DNA from: Okamejei kenojei
Taxonomy: Eukaryota
DNA: 64,000 nt
Reading direction: 5' to 3'
NCBI GenBank assembly: GCA_035221665.1
Contig: JAVHYY010000086.1
Coordinates: 372,001 to 436,000 of the forward strand
The position numbers were made by a program, and so were the translations under genes. Each line of letters begins with the position of its first letter. Position 1 is the first letter of the stretch. The notes beneath the pieces were generated by a model. That model was given only the letters and a program-made list of their open reading frames with translations, had not been told where the DNA came from and did not search any database. This document shows positions 26,320 to 39,679 of the stretch, in pieces.

Positions 26320-27890
26320 ACTTTTACACTCCCCTTATCTGCTCAATAACCTTATCCCCTCTGACCGTACAGCCCTCTGGACACTCTGCAACCCTGATAT
26401 AATAATCAATCCCGCCGACAAGAATTATGCCGTGGTAATCTGGCGTGTTGAGCTCTACCGGGCAGACGCTAGGAGACAACTCTCAGACACCTCTTCCCTC
26501 TTGGAGCATGATCCCACAGACGAGCACCAGGCCTTAATTTCACACACCAATTCTGATTTCAGCACTTCTGGCGGTCTGCTTTTCACAGCCTCCAAACTTA
26601 TCGTTCCCAGCCCGCAGTGCCCGGTTTTGCCTGCTCACCAAAATCCACAAACAGAACTGCCCTGGCAGACCCATTGTTTCTGCCTGCTCCTGTCCCAGGA
26701 GAGTGATTTCCACGTACTTCAATTCCATCCTATCACGCCTCGTCCAGTCTCTCTCCAGACCTACGTCCAAGATACCTCACATGGATTTTGTCTCCTTAAT
26801 TACTTCCGCTTTCCGAGCCCCCACTCCCTCGTCTTTAGGATGGACGTTCAGTCACTCTACACGTCCACTTCCCACCAGGAATGGCTCAAAGCCCTCCGTT
26901 TCTTCCTCGACCGCAGAACATTCAAATGTCCCTCTACTAACACTACTTGGGTAGTGGAGCGGTCCCCACCCTCAGCAACTTCTCATTTGATTCATCCCAC
27001 ACCCTCCAAGTCCAATGCGTCGCTATGCGAACCAGCGTGGGTCCCAGCTGTATCTGCCTCTTTGTAGTATATTTTGACCAATCCCTGATCCAGGCGCACC
27101 CTGGCCATATCCCGGACTCTATCTCCTTTACATAGATGACTTCATCGGTGCTACCTCTGGCAAGCATGCAGAGCTCAAAGACGTCATCAACTTCACCACA
27201 AATTTTCATGCTGCACTCAAATCTACTTGGACCATCTTCGACATCTCCATCTCCTTTCTTGATCTCACAGGCGTCATCACAGGAAATTGACTATTGACTA
27301 ACGTCGATTACCATCGTGAGGGAGGACCGCAGTGTGGGCAGGAGAAGAACACTGGGGGACCCGGCGCAGGGGAGCCGCCGTGGGGGAGGTTGGGGAAGAA
27401 CAATGGACAATAGGGTGCGGGGTCAAATTACAATGGGGATCTGGCGTGGGGGGGTCTGCTGAGGGGGGCGGGGTGGGGACAAAACCCAGAAAACGGCATG
27501 CTTTGTAACTTTGTAACTCCACCCCTTACTCCTAATTCCTCCGCCTACTTTTTCGCCCAAGATTAAGTGTTCCATACTAGGACATCCGAGATGTCCTCAT
27601 TCTTCTCGTGGATGAGGCCATCATTCCTGCCTCCTCTGTACCACGCAGCTCCACCCTTGGTCCTCGTCCCGCTATTCACAACAGAGTCCGCCTAGTCCTT
27701 ATTTCCCACCCCATCAGCCATGGCATACAACATATAATCTACCGCAATGTCGCCACCTCCAACAGGTTCCTACCACCAGCCACATTTTCCCTGCCCCATC
27801 CCTTTCCGCGTTCCAGACACCGTTCCTTCCACAACACCCTAATTAACTCCTCCTTTACCATCCAACCCACCGCTCACCTCCCTCCCCAGG
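26320..27890 (+). mobile_element. Penelope-like element RT fragment, decayed and interrupted
   Basis: PADK...VVIW, MDVQSLYTS, AMRTSVGPS and YIDD-like remnants; interrupted by an unrelated insert at about 27310-27520. Confidence 0.75.
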
Positions 27891-28624
27891 TAACTCTTGG
27901 ATCATGGAACACTTTATTGTCATTCAGACCTTACGGTCTGAACGTAATTTCGTTGCCTGCAAACATACATATTGTAAATAACAAAACACATAATAAACAC
28001 ATATTTAACATCCACCACAGTGAGTTCACCAGACCTCCTCACTGTGATCGAAGGCAAACATATTATGCCTTTGTCTCTTCCCTTATTTTTCTTCCTCTTC
28101 CTCTGCGCTGAGGCGACCCAGGCTCTGATGTTGTGACCGCACCTGGTGACATAAATAAGTCCCGCGGCTGAACCGCGCTCCGCGAACGGGCCGGTTCAAC
28201 TCCGCGGCCCGGGGCGGTCGAAGCTGCCGAAGCTGCCGCCCTCCAGTCCAGCGGACGCAGCTGTTGCCGCGGGAGCTCCGGAAAAACAGGTCACCAACCT
28301 GTGACCTGCGAGCTCCCGACGATGTCGTCCACTGGGCCCGCGGCCGGGCCTCCGAAGTCGCCGCCGCCGCCACCGCCACCGGAAAGCCGCCACAGCTCCG
28401 AGTCGGGCCGCCGGAACGCCCGAACCCGCCACAGCCCTGAAGTCGGCCAGCCTCACGCTGGTAAGTCCTGGCTGGCTCTGCCTCCGGAGCCTCGAGGTCG
28501 GTCGCAGTTGGAGGCTGTCAGCTCCGCCATTAGGCCTCAGCGCAGACGGAGACGGAGACGGGGGATACGACAAGAAAAAGTCGCGTCCACCCCCCACCCC
28601 CCCCAAGAAAGAGACTAAAACTTT

Positions 28625-30100
28625 TCTCCCCTGCAACCGCAGAACTTTCCCTGCAACCGTAGAATATGCAATACCTTTCGCTATACCTCCTCCCTCGACT
28701 CTGTCCGGGAACGCGACAGTTACATCGATGACTGCTTTGGTGTCACTCCTGCACCACACACAACTGACTGACTTCATTCATTTCACCACCAACTTCCATC
28801 CGGCACTCAAATACACTTGGGACCATTTCCGACACTTCCCTACCATTCCTTGACCTCACCATCTCTATTGCAGGTGATACACTCCTGACCGACATCCACT
28901 ACAAACCCACTGATTCCCACAGCTAACTGGACTACTCTTCCTCCCACCCTGCTTCCTGTAAGGACTCCATCCCCTATTCCCAATTCCTTCGTCTACGCCG
29001 CATCTGCTCCCAGGATGAGGTGTTTCACACCAGGTCATCACAAATGGCCTCATTCTTCAGAGAACGGGGATTCCCCTCCCCCACTATTGATGAGGCTCGC
29101 ACCAGGGTCTCCTCCATACCCCGCAACACTGCCCTCTCTCCCCATTCCCCCACTCGCAAACAGGGCAGAGTCCCCCTGGTCCTCACCTTTCACCCCACCA
29201 GCCGGCAAATACAACAGATAGTCCTCCGCCAGTTTCGCCACCTCCAACGTGACCCCTCCACCCGCCACATCTTCCTATCTCCCCGCTGTCTGCCTTCCGC
29301 AAGACCGCTCCCTCCGCGACTCCCTTGTCAATTCTTCCCTCCCCTCCCGCTCTGCTCCTTCCCGGGCACTTTCCCTTGCAACCGCAAAGAAATGCAACAC
29401 TTGTCCCTTCACCTCCCCCCTCCACTCCTTTCAGGGACCCAAGCAGTCCTTCCAGGTCCGACAGAGGTTCACCTGCACCTCCTCCAACTCATCTACTGCA
29501 TCCGCTGCTCCAGATGCCAGATGATCTATATCGGTGAGACCAAGCGGAGGCTTGGCGATCGTTTCGCCGAACACCTCCGCTCGGTCCGCAATAACCAACC
29601 CTACCTCCCGGTCGCTCAGCACTTCAACTCCCCTCCCATTCCGTATCCGACCTCTCGGTCCTGGGCCTCCTCCATGGCCAGAGTGAGCAACACCGCAAGT
29701 TGGAGGAACAGCACCTCATATTCCGCTTGGGGAGTTTGCATCCTTTGAGCTTGAACATTGAATTTTCTCAATTCTGTTAACCCTGCTGTCTCCTCCCCCT
29801 CCCACCTCTCCCCAGCCCTCGGGGCCCTGGCATTCCCTCTGTCTCTGTCTACCTCCCCCACCCTAGTCGCATTAGCTTCTCATTTTCACACCACAAACAG
29901 CTTACAATGGCTTGTTCCCTTTATCATCGATACGTTTTTGCATATCTTTCCTTCATTGTTCTTTATCTCTCAATCACCGTCTATATCTCTCGTTTCCCTG
30001 ATCCCTGACCAGTCTGAAGAAGGGTCTCGACCCGAAACGTCGCCTATTTCCTTCGCTCCTTAGATGCTGCTGCACCCGCTGAGTTTCTCCAGCATTTTGT
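28625..30100 (+). mobile_element. Penelope-like element 3' part (RT C-terminus and GIY-YIG endonuclease) with terminal repeat
   Basis: YIDD..., FLDLTISI, YKPTDSH, IPYSQFLRLRRICS and IYCIRCSRCQMIYIGETKRRLGDRFAEH (GIY-YIG). The 3' terminal segment contains CTGAAGAAGGGTCTCGACCCGAAAC. Confidence 0.88.
30014..30041 (+). ncRNA. Minimal hammerhead-ribozyme-like core (Penelope-associated)
   Basis: CUGAAGA, stem II GGGUC-UC-GACCC, GAAAC, then a GUC triplet. A second copy lies at 30644-30671. Stem I pairing is weak. Confidence 0.55.
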
Positions 30101-30104
30101 GTAA

Positions 30105-30760
30105 CACGCGACAGTCTTTTCAGGTTAGGCAGCGCCTCACTTGCAGCTCTTGCAATCTCGTCTACTGTAATTGTTGTTGTAAGATTAGGAATCTTTATAC
30201 ATCGGCGAGTCAAACACACTCTGGACGATCTTTTTGCGGAAAACATTCGCTTTGCCTCCCTGAACGTTAACGATTTCCCCGTTGCTTGACACTTTTAATT
30301 CTCCTTCCCATTCCGAAACAAATCTTTCTGTCCTCGGTCTCTTCCATTGTCAGAGTGAGGATAAACGCAAATTGGTGGAACAGCATCTCATATTCCGCTT
30401 GTGCAGCTCACAGCCCAGTGATAGGACTATTGATTTCTCTCCCTTCAGGTGGCCCCGGCAATCCCTCTCTCTCCATCCCTCAGCCACCCAAGCCGCACTA
30501 GCTTTTCATTTTCTCCCTACAAACATGTAACAATGGCTTGTTTCCTATATAATTGTAACTTTTTTTTGACAATCTTTCATTCATTGTTCTATATCGCTCC
30601 AAATCACCATCTACATCTCTCGTTTCTCTTCTCCCTAACCAGTCTGAAGAAGGGTATCGACCCGAAACGTCACCCATTCCTCCTCCCGATCGATGCTGCC
30701 TGTCCCGCTGAGTTACCCCAGCTTTTCGTGTCAACCTTCGATTTAAACCAGCATCTGGCG
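30105..30760 (+). mobile_element. Second, more decayed Penelope-like 3' segment in tandem
   Basis: RQSFQVRQRLTCSSCNLVYC and EQHLIFRL repeat the GIY-YIG region and terminal repeat of the preceding copy. Confidence 0.75.
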
Positions 30761-32534
30761 CTCCTTTTTACGCATAACACGGAAAGGTAGCTGTGATCCC
30801 TACGAAAACGTCTGTGATGGCGTTCAGCTCCGGACAATTCGAGCCAACACCTCCATTAAATATGATCATGGCTGTTCATACAAAATCAATACCCTGTTTA
30901 GATTTTTCCCCACATCCCTTTATTCCTTTGGCCCCAAGAGCTATATCTAACTCTCTCTTTAATATATCACGCAGGTTTTCCAGATATGCTGCCTAACCCA
31001 TGCATTACATCACCGTTTTGTGCATTTTTGTTTTACGAGCCAGCATCTGCATTTCCTGGTGACAAAATCAATTTCATTCCATAATTTATTTGGTGAGCAA
31101 GGAAGGCTATCGCCCGTTTTTCATCCAAACATGTGTCCTCCTCCAGTGTTCAGGTCCTTGCTCCTTCTCCAGATTCACATTATCTCCAATTTGCTACGTC
31201 CATTGGCACCTGCATCAATTTTGCTGCTGGGGAGAGTGCCACATCTAACACGTGATCTCACAACGGCTAACTTCACAGACCAGCTGATATAATTTTCGCA
31301 AGAACGGAAAATGACTCAGACAGTTTTGCTGGACAGTAAGGTGGTTCCTGTGGAAGCACATTTTGTACTAACCTCTTCTATTACTTCCCGTTCAGGATTT
31401 ATATAACTTCTCGCTTAGAATTGTTTTTACCTCAGAGATACCCCAATCGCACCATGTAGTTGGCAACAATGCAGAATTAACGGCGAATAATAGTTCTAAT
31501 ATCAATGGAAATGATGGTATACCGCTATACGTTAAACAGTTTGCTTGTGGGTAGAACATCTGGACAGTGAAATGAGAAGGGAACGGGGAACTCGTATAAC
31601 GTAACTGCGGCCTTAAATCAATCGGAGCAAGCTGGTACATTGTCTATCGTATCAGCACAATGTAGAACCCCCAAAGAACATTATTCGGCTTATCATATGA
31701 TAAATATTCTAGTAATCTACGCTGACGATGCGGGTCTCTTTGCTAAACAATCCTTCTATTACTGCCTTTATTACACGTTTGGAGTACACAGCACCGTATA
31801 TATAAGATTGCTAAGACAACAAAAATCCTCATATTCAGCTTGTGAGTAAAGAAGTGAGTAATGGAGTAAATTTTATAAGCTGAACATGTTATAAATTTTA
31901 TGTTTTATTCACGTAAAAACATGAATCCTTGAAGTCTAATCAGGCGCGGTAGCATTTCTGGAAAGAGAAACAGGATACAAATCGTATCACTCTTCGTTCT
32001 TGCTCGAACCCTGCCTGCGCAGGGCCCATCGCATGAGTTATGTCCTTCAGTACTCTCCCAGCGCAATACTCCGTGCGCCAGCAGGTATGCGCTGACAGGG
32101 AGGGATCACCCAGTAGCGCTAGGTTAATTCCGATTAATCTTAAACGCACGGCCATTCCCTAACTGTTGCTTCCCGATATGACTAGTTTTACCAATTTCCG
32201 AGCAGATCGGCCTGCTGATTTTGTACACGTCAACTGCGCAGAAGGTGAAAAGGATGGTTGGTAGCTAATTAACTCAGTTTTGCACCAACAGAAAATCAAA
32301 GAACTTCTGCACAAGCGAGAAGAGTACGGAGACGAATTTCACTTCCTTGGCCTTCATATAATATTTTATGTTAAAGTTGCCGACAACGGGGCAGGATGGA
32401 CAATGCACGGAATGTCGTAATCAGCCAACAGGGACGTTGGCAGTGATGGCCGAGGAAAGAAAATAATCAGAAACCAGGTAACACGTGCGCATTGACGTGC
32501 TAGAGTAACTCAGATGTCAGGCAAAATCATCTGG

Positions 32535-33200
32535 CTTCGATAGATCGGGTGGTCAAAAAGGCTTTTGGCACATTGGCCTCACCAGCTAGAGTGTTGAGAA
32601 TAGAAGTTGAGTATAACAGTTATTAAGACGTTCGTGAGGCTACATTTAGTTATAGGAAATGTGTTTGTCATCCTGGAAAGGGTACAGACAAGATTTACGA
32701 AGATGTTACCAAGACGAGAGGATCTAATCTATAGGCAGAGATTGAGTAGGCTGGGCCTCTATATGCGACCGTGTGCAATGACAATAAAGAGATGTTATTT
32801 ATGTATTTATTCCTTGGAGCGCAGAAGGTTGAGGGGGGAATCTTATAGAGGTGTATAAGATAATGAGAGGACTAGATCGGGAACATGTATGGAGTAACTT
32901 GCCCGAGTAGGCGAACCGAGGATCAGAAGACAATCGGTTTAAAGTGAGGGGGAAAAGATCAATATAAATCTGATGGTCAACCTTTTCACACAAAGGGTGG
33001 TGGATGTATGGAACAAGCTGCCAGAGGACGTAGTTAAGATAGGGACCATCGCGACATTTAAGAAGCAGTTAGACAGGCACATGGATAGGACAGGTTTGGA
33101 TCAAATACTGGCAGGTGGTACTAGGGTAGCTGGGACATCTTGACCGTTATGGGCAAGTTGGGCGAACGGGCCTGTTTCCACCGTGTCACTCTATGACTAG
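32535..33200 (+). mobile_element. CR1 LINE 3' fragment
   Basis: LERVQTRFTKMLP, YSLERRRLRG, and a CR1 3'UTR (GGGCCTGTTTCC). Confidence 0.8.
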
Positions 33201-33839
33201 GATCATTTATACACAAATTGCTGGAGTAAATCGGTCGTTCAAGCAGCATATCTGGAAACAAGGGAATATGTGACATTTCGGGTCGGAACCCTTCTTTATA
33301 GTATTCTGTATCTATCGGCGGTATAAACCAGCATCTACAGCTCCTTCCTGCACATGGGAATACACTGATAGACGACGATTTGGGCCAAACTCTTCTTCAG
33401 ACATCGGCTATGTATGTCTTCCAGAGACGTACGATAACCCGCTGATTTATTCAAGAAATTTGTAATTTATTGAAGATTTGAACATCTGCTGTTCCTTCTA
33501 CCAAAAAGTTCATTTTGGTGCACTTTGCTTTCCCTTATTTTACAAAGCATGCATGGAGGTTGATACAGATTCGTGAATTTTGGAAATAGATAATAAACGT
33601 GTTTATTGTTAGCAAATGTTCACCCAGCCGAAATGGCATCGATGATTACATGAATGTTTTGAGAGATACACACCACACGGGTGAAAACTCCAAATCCATA
33701 ACAACCTGTCACTGGGGATTAGGATAACAGTAACATTAGTGCTTCACACAGTATATTTGGCCCACAGTTTGAGTTGGTTCACCGGCAGTTCTAATCCGTG
33801 ACTCAACACATCATCGACAGCATTTCTCCTCGTAGCATA

Positions 33840-36800
33840 ATGCGTTGGAATCAAATAAGGACGGTGGAATTGATTTATTATCCAATACTTGCTGCAGTGG
33901 GGGTTTTCGGTAGGTCTTCATGCGCACAATGTGTCGGTTGAACAGTGTGCTAAACCGTACGTGTTTTGATCGTGGAAGGAACAGAGAAAAGTAGTGAAAT
34001 TAATTGTTGGTGACAGAGGAGGAAGGTGGATGCATGGAGGGGAAATTGAGTTATCGGTCGATGTCGATGAGTGTTCCTCACCAGTGCAGCATTATTATTT
34101 TATATTCCTTTTTAACACTGAATTTACTCTTACATCACACGAGTGGAAGTGCCAAGAAGAGCAGAATAATTAATAATATGTTCGTCAAAAACGAACAAAT
34201 AATAAAATGGCGATATATTTTCATTCTTACATTGGTCATGTATGCTGTTCTTTAGAGAGCCAGTGGTTAGACAGAACAAGCATCAGATAAAGGATGGCGA
34301 GAGCGGTGGGAGTGGGGGGTTGTGTGCAGCGGTAGAAAAGCATTCGTAAGGAAAACGACACTAAGATGGCATGGAACTAGTGCGGGAGAGCGACGGAGTA
34401 GGGGTGACTGACGGACTGAATGTCGCTTTTACGTCAGGCTCAGAGGGCACAGCAGTAACTCAACCTGTGCTTTCTGCGTGTTTTTCCTTTGTGTCCATTC
34501 CTGACTTAGAAATAATTGAATTTGTTATTTCTCGTTTGCCATTGTTTCCAGTCTTCTGCCCTTTTTGTGCGGACTAGTTCTTAAATGAGCGGTGGACCGA
34601 AACGTACTTTCTTCCCTGCGCTGTACGAAACTAGTGCAACAAATGCACAGAGTTAATTTAGAAAAGGAATTTTTACAATTCGGTCTAAAGAACATTACAG
34701 CGATTTAGCCGAGCAACATAATACGTTGGTGTCGGATACGGAAGGTAGATTTGATTTTAAAATTTCTGCTGCAATTGGAGCTCTTGTTAGGTCTTAGTGA
34801 GCACACATTCTGGATGAATAGTATACTCTACCCTGCAATGTTTTTTTTTAACATCGAAGGTGCAGACAAACATATAGGGAAATAAATTATTGGGGATAGG
34901 AGAGGAGGATACATACCCGGAAAGGAAAAGAGTTAATGTTCGATACCGATGATTATTCCTCCGCATTGGGGCAGATCGTTTTCAATTTATTTCTAGCAAT
35001 GCATTTATTCTCACGCCACGTACGCGTCGGCGCTATGTAAAGAAGAATAACACATTTATTTTGGAGAAACCGTCAACTAAAACGTAGCGCTTTAGTTACA
35101 TTCTTATGATGGTGGTGCGTCCTATTGACTAGGCAGCAAATGCTCAAGAATAGCATTGGACATTTACAATTCGAGATGTATTCGAACATGAAGCATTACT
35201 GAGATGGCATAAGCATAGTGCACGACCTATGTAGGAACCAAGAAAGAATCGGATTCGCGCGACATATTGAATGTTCCTGGATTTGTTTTTCCTCAATCGA
35301 GTCCGACGAGGATTTGCACGCAATGATGCCTCGATGTTGAAAGCAGGCAACTGGTAAGCAACACGATTGCACTTATTTGGTTTAGTGCTACCGGACTGTG
35401 TCTCTTGCACGTGCCTAAACCCAATGCCCTAATGCGTCATCATGAATTTAATCTCACGGTCCAGAGGTACAGAGCGGACATGATACAGTGTCGATACTTT
35501 AGGTGACATATGTCAATCAGTTAAGTTGTTAATTAAGTAAACATTCTCTAAACTGCATTCATTTCCCTCTGGTCAATGGTTACGGCATTCGCACCATGCA
35601 CCTGCGTCAGAGTAGTCAATGTTGCACAATCTGCTGGGACATTCTGATATTTTCTGATTTCATTCAAGGTTGCATCTGCAACAGTTCAGTTTTGTCTTAA
35701 CATCTCACGATTAATAAAGCTGATGCCCCAGCGCGCCTGAGACGCGAATTCAATCGTGCCCTCACGACCAGTATGTGTGCTCTTCCCATATTTTCGCCGC
35801 GAAGGCGTGGTATTCGTTTGCATGTTGCGATTTCACTCACATAACCAACATGTGCCGGTTTGTTGACGCCATGGCCTAAGTCAGTAGGAGTGCGCCAAAT
35901 CAGAGTGTTTCAATGGTACTTTATTCCCGTAGAAACAGAGACACATAGAAACATAGAACATAGGTTTGCCTGCCTTCTCCCAATATCCCTTGATTCCACT
36001 AGCCCCTAGAGCTGTACCTAACTCCCTCTTAAACCCATCCAGTGACTTGGCATCCACTACCCTCTGTGGCAGGGAATTCCACAAATTCACAACTCCCTGA
36101 GTGAAAACGTGTTTTTCTCATCTCAGTCTCAAATGGCCTTCCCTTTCTTCTAAGACTGTGGCCCTTGGTTCTGGACTCGCCCAACATTGGGAACATTTTT
36201 CCTGCATCTAGCTTGCCAGTCCTTTCATCATTGTATATGTTTCTATAATAACCCATACTCCCTCTACACTCTAGTGAATAGAAGCCAAGTTTCTTCAAAC
36301 TTTCCTCATATGACAGTCCCGCCATCCCATGGATCAATCTCGTGAACCTACGCAGCCCTGCATCAATCACAAGGAAGTTCTTCCTCAAATTATGAGAAAA
36401 CTGCACACAATACTCCAGATGTGGTCTTACCAGAGCCCAATACAACTGCAGAAGAACCTCTTTACTCCTATACTGAAATCCTCTTGTATGAAGGCCAGCA
36501 TTCCATTAGCTTTCTTCACTGCCTGCTGTAACAGCACGCCAACATTCAGCGACTGGTGGAAACGGACATTCAGGTCTCGCTGCACCTCCCACTTACCTAA
36601 CCAAACTTCGTTAATATAATAATCTGCCTCGTGTTTTTCCGCCAAAGTGGATAACCTCACATGTATCTATATTATATCCTGATTGAGCCTCATCTGGTTG
36701 TATAATGTGTCCACGACTCCTGTTCACAGTCTCCATATCGCTTCTCTGCATGTAATTTCGTCGATAAAATCATTGGTGAATTTGGAATGGGCAGTTGACC

Positions 36801-37914
36801 CATGTCCATGTAAACAAATCAACGGTTGCACTGTAACGACCTCACTATTTGCTATCATAATCAATGGAAGTCCGGATTAACCCATACAGGCTTCATTCAT
36901 GAAAATCGTTGAATGCGATCTGTTATTTATCAGGCGATAAGCACATGTATGTTTTGTTTTCATTCTCTTTCAGTCAACGTCGTGGCGATCGTGATTCTGT
37001 GTCGAGGAAAGTGTGGTCTATCCAAATGCATCACTCGTTATCTACTGGCCATGTCAACGGCGGACCTCTCCGTTATTATGTGCAATGTAATTTTGTATCG
37101 CTTGGCCGAAATTTATTGGCGGCAATCTTTCTTAGTCAACACTCATGTGTGCAGAATCGTGCACATCCTGGCTCCCGCGGCTGTAGACTGCTCGGTTTGG
37201 TTCACGGCCGCGTTTACATTTGACCGCTTTGTGGCAATTGCCACGCAGCATCTAAAAGCAAAATATTGCACCGAGAGAACCGCGATGTTGATTATAGTCA
37301 CACTGAGCGTAGGTTTCTCTCTAAAGAACATTTCTTGGGCCTTCGCCCATATTCCATACGACATTCCAAATGTGCCGGATCGAGGGTGCCGGATAGCATC
37401 ACAATTCTATACCCGGGCACCATGGATTGCATTTTCTTGGACTGAACAGTTGTTAACTCCAGTTATCCCATTTTGTTTGATTTTGTTGTTCAACGCGCTC
37501 ACTATCAGACGCGTTTTAGTGGCTAGCCTCGTCCGTAGGAATCTCCGGGATCTCGGTCATGGAGAGAAGGGAAAGGACGAAGAGACGAGAAACCGCAGAC
37601 GGTCCGTCGTTTTACTAATTGCAATCTCCATGAGTTTTATCCTGCTCTGGTCCGCAACTGTCACACATTTTGTTAGCTTTCGAATTGTGAGCGCTTTCAA
37701 ACGTAGGAGTATCAGTAATCCGTTCCCAATATTTGAACAAATTGGGATCATGCTTCAGCTGCTGAGCGCCTGCACAAACACGGCCATTTACACCGTGACT
37801 CAAAGGAAATTCAGATTAGAGATATTCCTTGCGCTCATGTACCTCTGCAGTCTCATGAGGAAATTGGCGAAGTCGAGAGAAATGCAGAGGAAAATAGACA
37901 TTATTATTTTGTAA
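33840..37914 (+). CDS. Orphan class A GPCR, GPR139/GPR142-like, 336 aa: exon 1 33840-33909, exon 2 36974-37914
   Basis: Exon 1 MRWNQIRTVELIYYPILAAVGVF ends at a phase-1 GTAGGT and joins acceptor TTTCAG to give (V)NVVAIVIL. Seven hydrophobic segments, ADL in TM2, FDRF in TM3, disulfide Cys in TM3 and ECL2, CTNTAIY and helix-8 RKFR. The spliced CDS is 1011 nt and open. Confidence 0.88.
35930..36675 (-). mobile_element. CR1 LINE 3' fragment inside the GPCR intron
   Basis: YWALVRPHLEYCVQF and NLWNSLPQRVV motifs; CATAGAAA tail at about 35935-35962. Confidence 0.85.
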
Positions 37915-38207
37915 CATAGATCGCTATTTCACGAAAAGTGTAGATTTTGTTTCATAAAACACTGTTTTACATAAACATGCGGGCTGATTAGCTAAGATAA
38001 TACATATTAAAATAACTCAAATACAAATGTTCACTGCCTACTTCAACGATGGTTCTGTATTAAGTTATCTTTTGAAACATTGTTCTTCTGCTGCCTTGCC
38101 CGGATTAGAACTGGCGCGAAGATGGATCGTTCGTTGTTGATGGAATATCTTGTGTCCGCTGCGTTCCAGCGACAGTACCACCTATCCAGAGAAAGATAAT
38201 CTTACAA

Positions 38208-38833
38208 ACATAGAAACATAGAAAATAGGTGCAGGAGTAGGCCATTCGGTCATTCGAGCCTGCAGCGCCATTCAATATGATCATGGCTGATCACTCAACT
38301 CAGTGTCCCGTAATTGCCTTCTCTCCATACCCCCTGATCCCTTTAGCAACAAGTGCCACATCTAACTCCCTCTTATATATAGCCAATGAACTGGCCTCAA
38401 CTACCTTCTGTGGCAGATAATTCCAGAGACTCACCACTCTCTTTGTGAAAGATCTTATTGAAAGATATAAGATTATTAAGTGTCTGGACACGCCAGAGGC
38501 AGGAAATATGATCCCGATGTTGGGGGAGTCCAGAACCAGGGGCCACCGTTTAAGAATAAGGGCTAAGCTATTTAGAACGGAGACGAGGATACACTTTTTC
38601 ACACAGTGAATTGTGAGTCTGTGGAATTCTCTGCCTCAGAGGGCGGTGGAGGCCGCTTCTCTGGATAATTTCAAGAGAGAGCTAGATAGGGCTCTCAAGG
38701 AGACTGTGAACCAAGGGATATGGGGTAAAGGCGGGAACGGGGTACTGATTGGGAATGATCAACCATGATCACCTTGAATGGCGGTGCTGGCTCGAAGATC
38801 CGAATGGCCTACACCTGCACCTATTGTCTATTG
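38208..38833. mobile_element. Two back-to-back CR1 3' ends (38208-38450 minus, 38451-38833 plus)
   Basis: The left piece has a (CATAGAAA)n tail, the right piece ends in CTATTGTCTATTG. The junction is at ...TTTGTGAAA|GATCTTATTG. Confidence 0.75.
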
Positions 38834-39679
38834 ACGATTGTCTTTTTGCGACCTTGTGCTCCCATTGCATACTTTGTTTTTATGTCAATTACGCTTTACT
38901 GCAAGATATTTAGACCGCGATGTTTTCTATTCGATCGCGTCACCGCTTCTGCCATACACTGCTGTATCTTAGAATCTCCCTTTCTGCCCTTTACGATGCC
39001 AACGGCAGCAATAATATCTCATCAAGAGACGTCTCACGTTTTTGTCTTCGGCCATATATTGTACCCTGTGGTATTTTTGCACCACGCGGGCGCGGTTTAC
39101 CATCCGTAGATGTTAACTCGACGAATATTTTCGCAGGTAAATCAAAATTATTAAGTTTTAATGAGCAAATCATTATTTGAATATATGACTCGAGAATTGT
39201 ATCCAGTGGCAGTACTATTGTGATATGTTTGAGGACAAACGGAGAAAGTGTAAATTGAGAAATTATTACATTTCGTCGGTCGGTTATATTAGAAATATTG
39301 GGGACGGCTACGATTATGTCTCCATCACGGGTACCATGATTGAAAAAAATATGTGATTAGAATTTAGTTTATCGTTGAAAAGGTAACACGCCACTTAGCT
39401 GATCGCATGCTGAGCAAGGCGTTGGTAGCGCTCCATGGAAATATGAAAATATAAGCCCTGATGGAAACGCGACAAATACATCATTCGGAGGTGAGAGGTA
39501 ATGACGTAGATTACGAATATCTTTGGAAATACAATCCATTGAAATACTTGTATACAAAGGGAAAACCGTATAAATAGTGTACACGGCGACATCCAATGGG
39601 GTCACCGCTAACTTCAGATATCGATATAGTTGTACCCGTCAACAACTTCAATGACCAATTTCCCATCAATCTAGGTAAT

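Noticed and set aside
36913-36973. ORF-track N-termini of the GPCRs (also 52028-52121) and of the V at 2670-2715
   Set aside because: These are intron sequence upstream of clear splice acceptors; true first exons were found upstream.
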